Of a stretch of DNA of 58,729 bases, positions 55,650 through 58,729 are shown in pieces. Within the stretch, counting starts at the first letter, position 1. The number at the start of each line of letters is the position of its first letter. The notes below the pieces were generated by a model. It was not told the DNA's origin. It was given only the letters and a program-made list of their open reading frames with translations, and searched no databases. Location of the stretch: positions 1-58,729 of IMG/VR virus record IMGVR_UViG_3300035701_000035; one strand, given 5' to 3'. This stretch comes from a virus (lineage: Duplodnaviria > Caudoviricetes). The position numbers were made by a program, and so were the translations under genes.

Positions 55650-55790
55650 CTATTTCTTTTTAGTAGTTGCTTTAATCTTCTTCTCTTGTTTTAGCATTGC
55701 TGCTGTAGGTTTTTTTCCAGAACCTTTAGCAGTACGGATGTTATTCCATAAAGAGTTTTCAACACCTAATTTATTTAATTTTTTTTTCAT
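55650..55790 (-). CDS. Small basic protein (46 aa), absent from the ORF track
   Basis: Manual translation MKKKLNKLGVENSLWNNIRTAKGSGKKPTAAMLKQEKKIKATTKKK*; ATGA overlap with the endonuclease stop. Confidence 0.85.
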   Translation of the reverse strand: MKKKLNKLGVENSLWNNIRTAKGSGKKPTAAMLKQEKKIKATTKKK

Positions 55791-56407
55791 ACAGTTATAT
55801 TTTTCCAAGTTTTACCTCTATGTATATCTTTAATTGAATGATAACTTAATTTTAATAAATTTGATACTTCTTTAGGTTTATGACCTAGTGCTAATTCTTT
55901 TTTAATATTAATTACCTGTTCTTCATTTAGTTTTGCCATTTTATGTTCTGTTCCTGATTTCCAGTTTTTTGATAGTTTTTCTAAATGATGTTTTTTATAA
56001 TCACTGTTTTGCCAATTAATTTTTTGCAGCAATGCTTTTTGTAATTTAACTTCTTCAGTTCTTTTTATTCCCAGATTACTACCAGCAATTTTTGCTATAT
56101 TATATGTAGGTAAAAAAGTATCTAAATAAAATTGTTCTTTTACAAGTAAATATTGTGGATCACATTCTTCTAAAATTTCTAATTTAAAATTATTTTCTCC
56201 ATATTTATTAACTGCACGTATCAGCTTTGTACAAGATTTTTTATTTACTCTAATATGATTAATATGAGTGTAATATCTTTTTACAAAGTTTTGAGTACTT
56301 CCAATATAAAAATCATCATTGAGGGTGTTACTTATTTTGTAAATAACACCCTGACGACTTTTATTAGTCATATACTTTAAAAACTGTTCTTCTGTTAAAT
56401 TTAACAT
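55787..56407 (-). mobile_element. Free-standing GIY-YIG homing endonuclease (206 aa) with C-terminal HTH
   Basis: GVIYKISN...FYIGST...KRYYTH...EQFYLD...YNI (GIY-YIG motifs with R, E, N); NUMOD-like linker; KLNEEQVINIK...IHRGKTW helix-turn-helix. Confidence 0.92.
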
Positions 56408-56412
56408 AACTT

Positions 56413-56469
56413 TTAGTTTTTATCCCAAAGACCTCTCTGGGACACACTACCGTCTTTTCTTTTTATCAT
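56413..56469 (-). pseudogene. Truncated 5' remnant of the gene interrupted by the endonuclease
   Basis: MIKRKDGSVSQRGLWDKN*; GLWD aligns with SLWN of the 46-aa gene on the other side of the endonuclease. Confidence 0.6.
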
Positions 56470-56478
56470 CTGTTTTTT

Positions 56479-56649
56479 TTAACATGATGATGGTTTTGCT
56501 TTTTTAGGTGCAGTTGATTTTGCAGGTCTACCTTTAGGACTAGTTGTTGCCTTTAAGTTAGGATTAGTTCCTCCTGTTTTACCACTTGGTGTTTTATCTG
56601 CACCCATTATTTTTTTAGACTTTGTTTTAGTTACATTTGCTGCCTTCAT
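56479..56649 (-). CDS. Small histone-H1-like K/A/P/T-rich protein (56 aa), absent from the ORF track
   Basis: Manual translation MKAANVTKTKSKKIMGADKTPSGKTGGTNPNLKATTSPKGRPAKSTAPKKAKPSSC*. Confidence 0.8.
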   Translation of the reverse strand: MKAANVTKTKSKKIMGADKTPSGKTGGTNPNLKATTSPKGRPAKSTAPKKAKPSSC

Positions 56650-56661
56650 TTTATTTTTATT

Positions 56662-57678
56662 TTAAGTGTTCCAATATTTTTCACAGGAAAGTATTAATTC
56701 CTTCAAGATATCCTCATTTAATGGGTTCTTCAAGTGTTCCAATACATCGGCTACATTTCTTCCAAGTAAACTATTTGACTTACCATGGTAAATATAACCA
56801 TCCGGCTTACTTATAATATACTTAAAAAAACTGGAATCACGAACAATTGATTTAATTTTTAATGTTTCCATGTCCATATTAACTGCATCAATAAATGTTT
56901 TTGCAGCTCTTTCTTTGTTGGATTCAGCACCATCTCCAGAAATATATCTATCCATGTTTTCATAGATAAGATCTAATGGTGTTGATTTTCTATATTGTGT
57001 ACTGTTTGTATCTACTACTTTAGCAATGTAGAATAACTTAGTACTGTTTTTATCAAATAATTTTTGAAGTTCAGAGTATGCTTTATTTCTAAGTTTTTTG
57101 TACTCAGTTCTAATCATTACTGTTTCTTCTTCTTTATCAAGATAGAATTTAGGTGGAACTGCTTTTGATCTTGCATCATCAAAACTTTTAGCAATCATTG
57201 CAAATCCTCCTGCTTCTATAGCATGAAGTTTAATTCTATCAAAAGGTTTTATTGGATCTAGATATACTGGATCATTACCACAAGCAATATCTATTTTATT
57301 CCAAAATTCTTTATTATTTGGTTGTAGTAATAATACTTTATTCCAAAAATCTTTATCTTCTGGATCAAGAACATTTGCTGCTAGTTCTTTCTCTAATTCA
57401 GATACTGAATATCTTATTTCTTTAATTCGTGCATCTTTTTCTTCTACACCCAATAATTTAATCTCAGGTGCAAATTCATTTAATCCTGTGATGTATCTAA
57501 TTACACCATTATTTTCTAAACATGCAATTTGTTCAGTATGTGTTACTCCATCAAAAAGACTCATACCGTATTCCTCTAATCCTAGATTAGTAGCTTGTTT
57601 GTCAAAGTAAGGTCTTATGGCAATAGATGTTTTTTTAATACTACCTACTCCTACTTCTACCATTGTGAAATTTTCCAT
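56662..57678 (-). CDS. Conserved crAss-like protein encoded just downstream of the major capsid gene (338 aa)
   Basis: Synteny; YITGL, FW, and LG...VLEHLKNPLNED motifs. Confidence 0.7.
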   Translation of the reverse strand: MENFTMVEVGVGSIKKTSIAIRPYFDKQATNLGLEEYGMSLFDGVTHTEQIACLENNGVIRYITGLNEFAPEIKLLGVEEKDARIKEIRYSVSELEKELAANVLDPEDKDFWNKVLLLQPNNKEFWNKIDIACGNDPVYLDPIKPFDRIKLHAIEAGGFAMIAKSFDDARSKAVPPKFYLDKEEETVMIRTEYKKLRNKAYSELQKLFDKNSTKLFYIAKVVDTNSTQYRKSTPLDLIYENMDRYISGDGAESNKERAAKTFIDAVNMDMETLKIKSIVRDSSFFKYIISKPDGYIYHGKSNSLLGRNVADVLEHLKNPLNEDILKELILSCEKYWNT

Positions 57679-57716
57679 TTTGTTGTTGGTTTTTAATTAT
57701 TGGTTTTTATTTATTT

Positions 57717-57741
57717 AAAAAAGGGAGGGTTGTCCCCTCCC
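57717..57741 (-). terminator. Intrinsic terminator after the major capsid gene
   Basis: GGGAGGG-GACAA-CCCTCCC-TTTTTT. Confidence 0.88.
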
Positions 57742-57761
57742 ATTTATGTTATATGTTAATC

Positions 57762-58729
57762 TTAGAATGAACCTCCAGTAACTGGGTTTCTCATAACAAT
57801 TTTCAAAACTTTAGTTGGATCTTTAACCCAAATAGCTGGCATTGTTTGAGACATCATTACACGGTATCCATTGAATTGTCCAGAAGACTGGAATCCTTGA
57901 GTACGTCCCATGTAATCCATTGTTCCATTTTGGTACCACCATTTCAATTGATTATCCCAAGACAATTTCAATAAGAAGATATTGTCATTAGTATTATCAG
58001 TGATATCAAAGATAATGAATGAATAAGAAGATAATGGGAAACCATCAATGATTGGGTTCTCAATATCATTTGTATGAATGTTGTCAAATGCAGGATTCAA
58101 TACAAATTTCACGTTAGCCAAGAATGGAATAACATAAGAAGTGTAAGCAAATCCAAAGTTCAAGTCCATACCTTTACCAGTGATTGCACCAATATCAGCA
58201 GCTTGAATTAAAAGACCTGAAGCAACAGCTTCTCTTTTAATTGCTTCATTTACCATTCTCATTCCACCCATACCTGTTTGAACTACTAGAGAACGTTTAG
58301 GATCTGGACCTTGGAATTCAACTTTACCATTGAAGAAGTTGTAGATCTCTCCACGGAATAAATCCAATGTGAAGTTATTTTTGTTGTAAACTCTTTTGAA
58401 AGAGTTATCCAATTGTCTCCAAAGACCGACAGATAATCTAATATCATCTGGACCATCTTGACGAACTCTACCCCCTTGTCCCCACATTAAGTAAGTCTCA
58501 ATATCCGTTGCAACTTTTGTTAAGTGTGCAGCTTCCATTTGAGTTAAGAATGTTCTAGATAAGTCACCGTTATCAAATGCACGTTTAACTTTATCTTTAC
58601 CCATTACTTTAACCATGTCATCTAAAGATGATACAGCAGGATCCATTTGTTTGTCAAAGTTTCTCCAGATTTCAGTTACAGGAACTGTACCATCTGCATT
58701 CATTCCACCTTTGATCATTAAGTCAGCAC
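57762..58729 (-). CDS. Major capsid protein (crAss-like, HK97 fold), 5' end outside the window
   Basis: Frame stays open to the window edge (ADL precede the track's Met). Motifs DIETYLMWG, GLWRQL, QTGMGG, LNPAFD, IWVKDPT; followed by a strong terminator. Confidence 0.85.
   Translation of the reverse strand, partial: ADLMIKGGMNADGTVPVTEIWRNFDKQMDPAVSSLDDMVKVMGKDKVKRAFDNGDLSRTFLTQMEAAHLTKVATDIETYLMWGQGGRVRQDGPDDIRLSVGLWRQLDNSFKRVYNKNNFTLDLFRGEIYNFFNGKVEFQGPDPKRSLVVQTGMGGMRMVNEAIKREAVASGLLIQAADIGAITGKGMDLNFGFAYTSYVIPFLANVKFVLNPAFDNIHTNDIENPIIDGFPLSSYSFIIFDITDNTNDNIFLLKLSWDNQLKWWYQNGTMDYMGRTQGFQSSGQFNGYRVMMSQTMPAIWVKDPTKVLKIVMRNPVTGGSF

Noticed and set aside
3367-55663. All plus-strand ORFs and short nested minus-strand ORFs in the track (e.g. 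8233-8490, 11764-11952, 26619-26936, 53874-54236)
   Set aside because: They overlap long, motif-bearing minus-strand genes and have the F/L/S/I-rich composition of antisense or off-frame shadows.
55650-56469. Group I intron around the GIY-YIG gene
   Set aside because: Only a few tens of nt flank the ORF, leaving no room for a ribozyme core. I found no U-ending exon / G-ending intron pair that restores the frame, and the downstream gene has its own start.
37945-56649. Eukaryotic or giant-virus origin suggested by SET, C1q and histone-like proteins
   Set aside because: Operonic overlaps, intrinsic terminators and crAss-type capsid, ring, muzzle and vRNAP synteny indicate a bacteriophage; no histone fold was recognised.
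58716-58718. Met at 58718 as the capsid start
   Set aside because: The frame is open upstream to the window edge, so it is most likely an internal Met of a longer protein.
1-58729. Stop-codon reassignment as seen in some crAss-like phages
   Set aside because: Multi-kb ORFs are intact in the standard code, and TAA, TAG (e.g. 34151, 55423) and TGA (e.g. 45547, 55787) all end genes at tight junctions.
1-58729. CRISPR array, tRNA/rRNA genes, diversity-generating retroelement
   Set aside because: Intergenic gaps are at most about 110 bp. No regularly spaced repeats, cloverleaf, reverse transcriptase or adenine-variant TR/VR pair was seen.

Overview
This window is the virion (late) gene block of a large, AT-rich, crAss-like tailed phage (Crassvirales-type gene order). 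The likely host is Bacteroidota, since starts are A-rich and lack Shine-Dalgarno motifs. Every credible gene is on the minus strand. In transcription order: the 3' part of the major capsid gene; a conserved post-capsid gene; about 10 tiny Lys-rich genes invaded by a GIY-YIG homing endonuclease; a head-tail ring protein and other structural proteins; Cys-rich fibre proteins (one with a C1q-like tip); an IHF/HU-like protein; two more ring proteins; the tail stabilisation (muzzle) protein; four large modular cargo-like proteins; two ejection proteins (one with a PD-(D/E)xK nuclease); and a virion RNA polymerase of at least 3729 aa. The ORF track missed the polymerase because it runs off the window. 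It has the DFDID catalytic motif, an HExxH motif, and C-terminal GNAT and ART-like domains. Main hypotheses: (1) the cargo proteins look like polyproteins punctuated by xxGG / KAQxG motifs, which bracket a SET methyltransferase and a zincin domain; (2) recurring N- and C-terminal modules may dock these proteins into a chain; (3) SET, GNAT and ART-like writers co-occur with histone-tail-like basic proteins; (4) the homing endonuclease split a gene and brought a replacement 5' end; (5) a hairpin loop is antisense to the translation-initiation regions of two genes. Family assignments come from motifs and synteny read by eye; no database searches were run.
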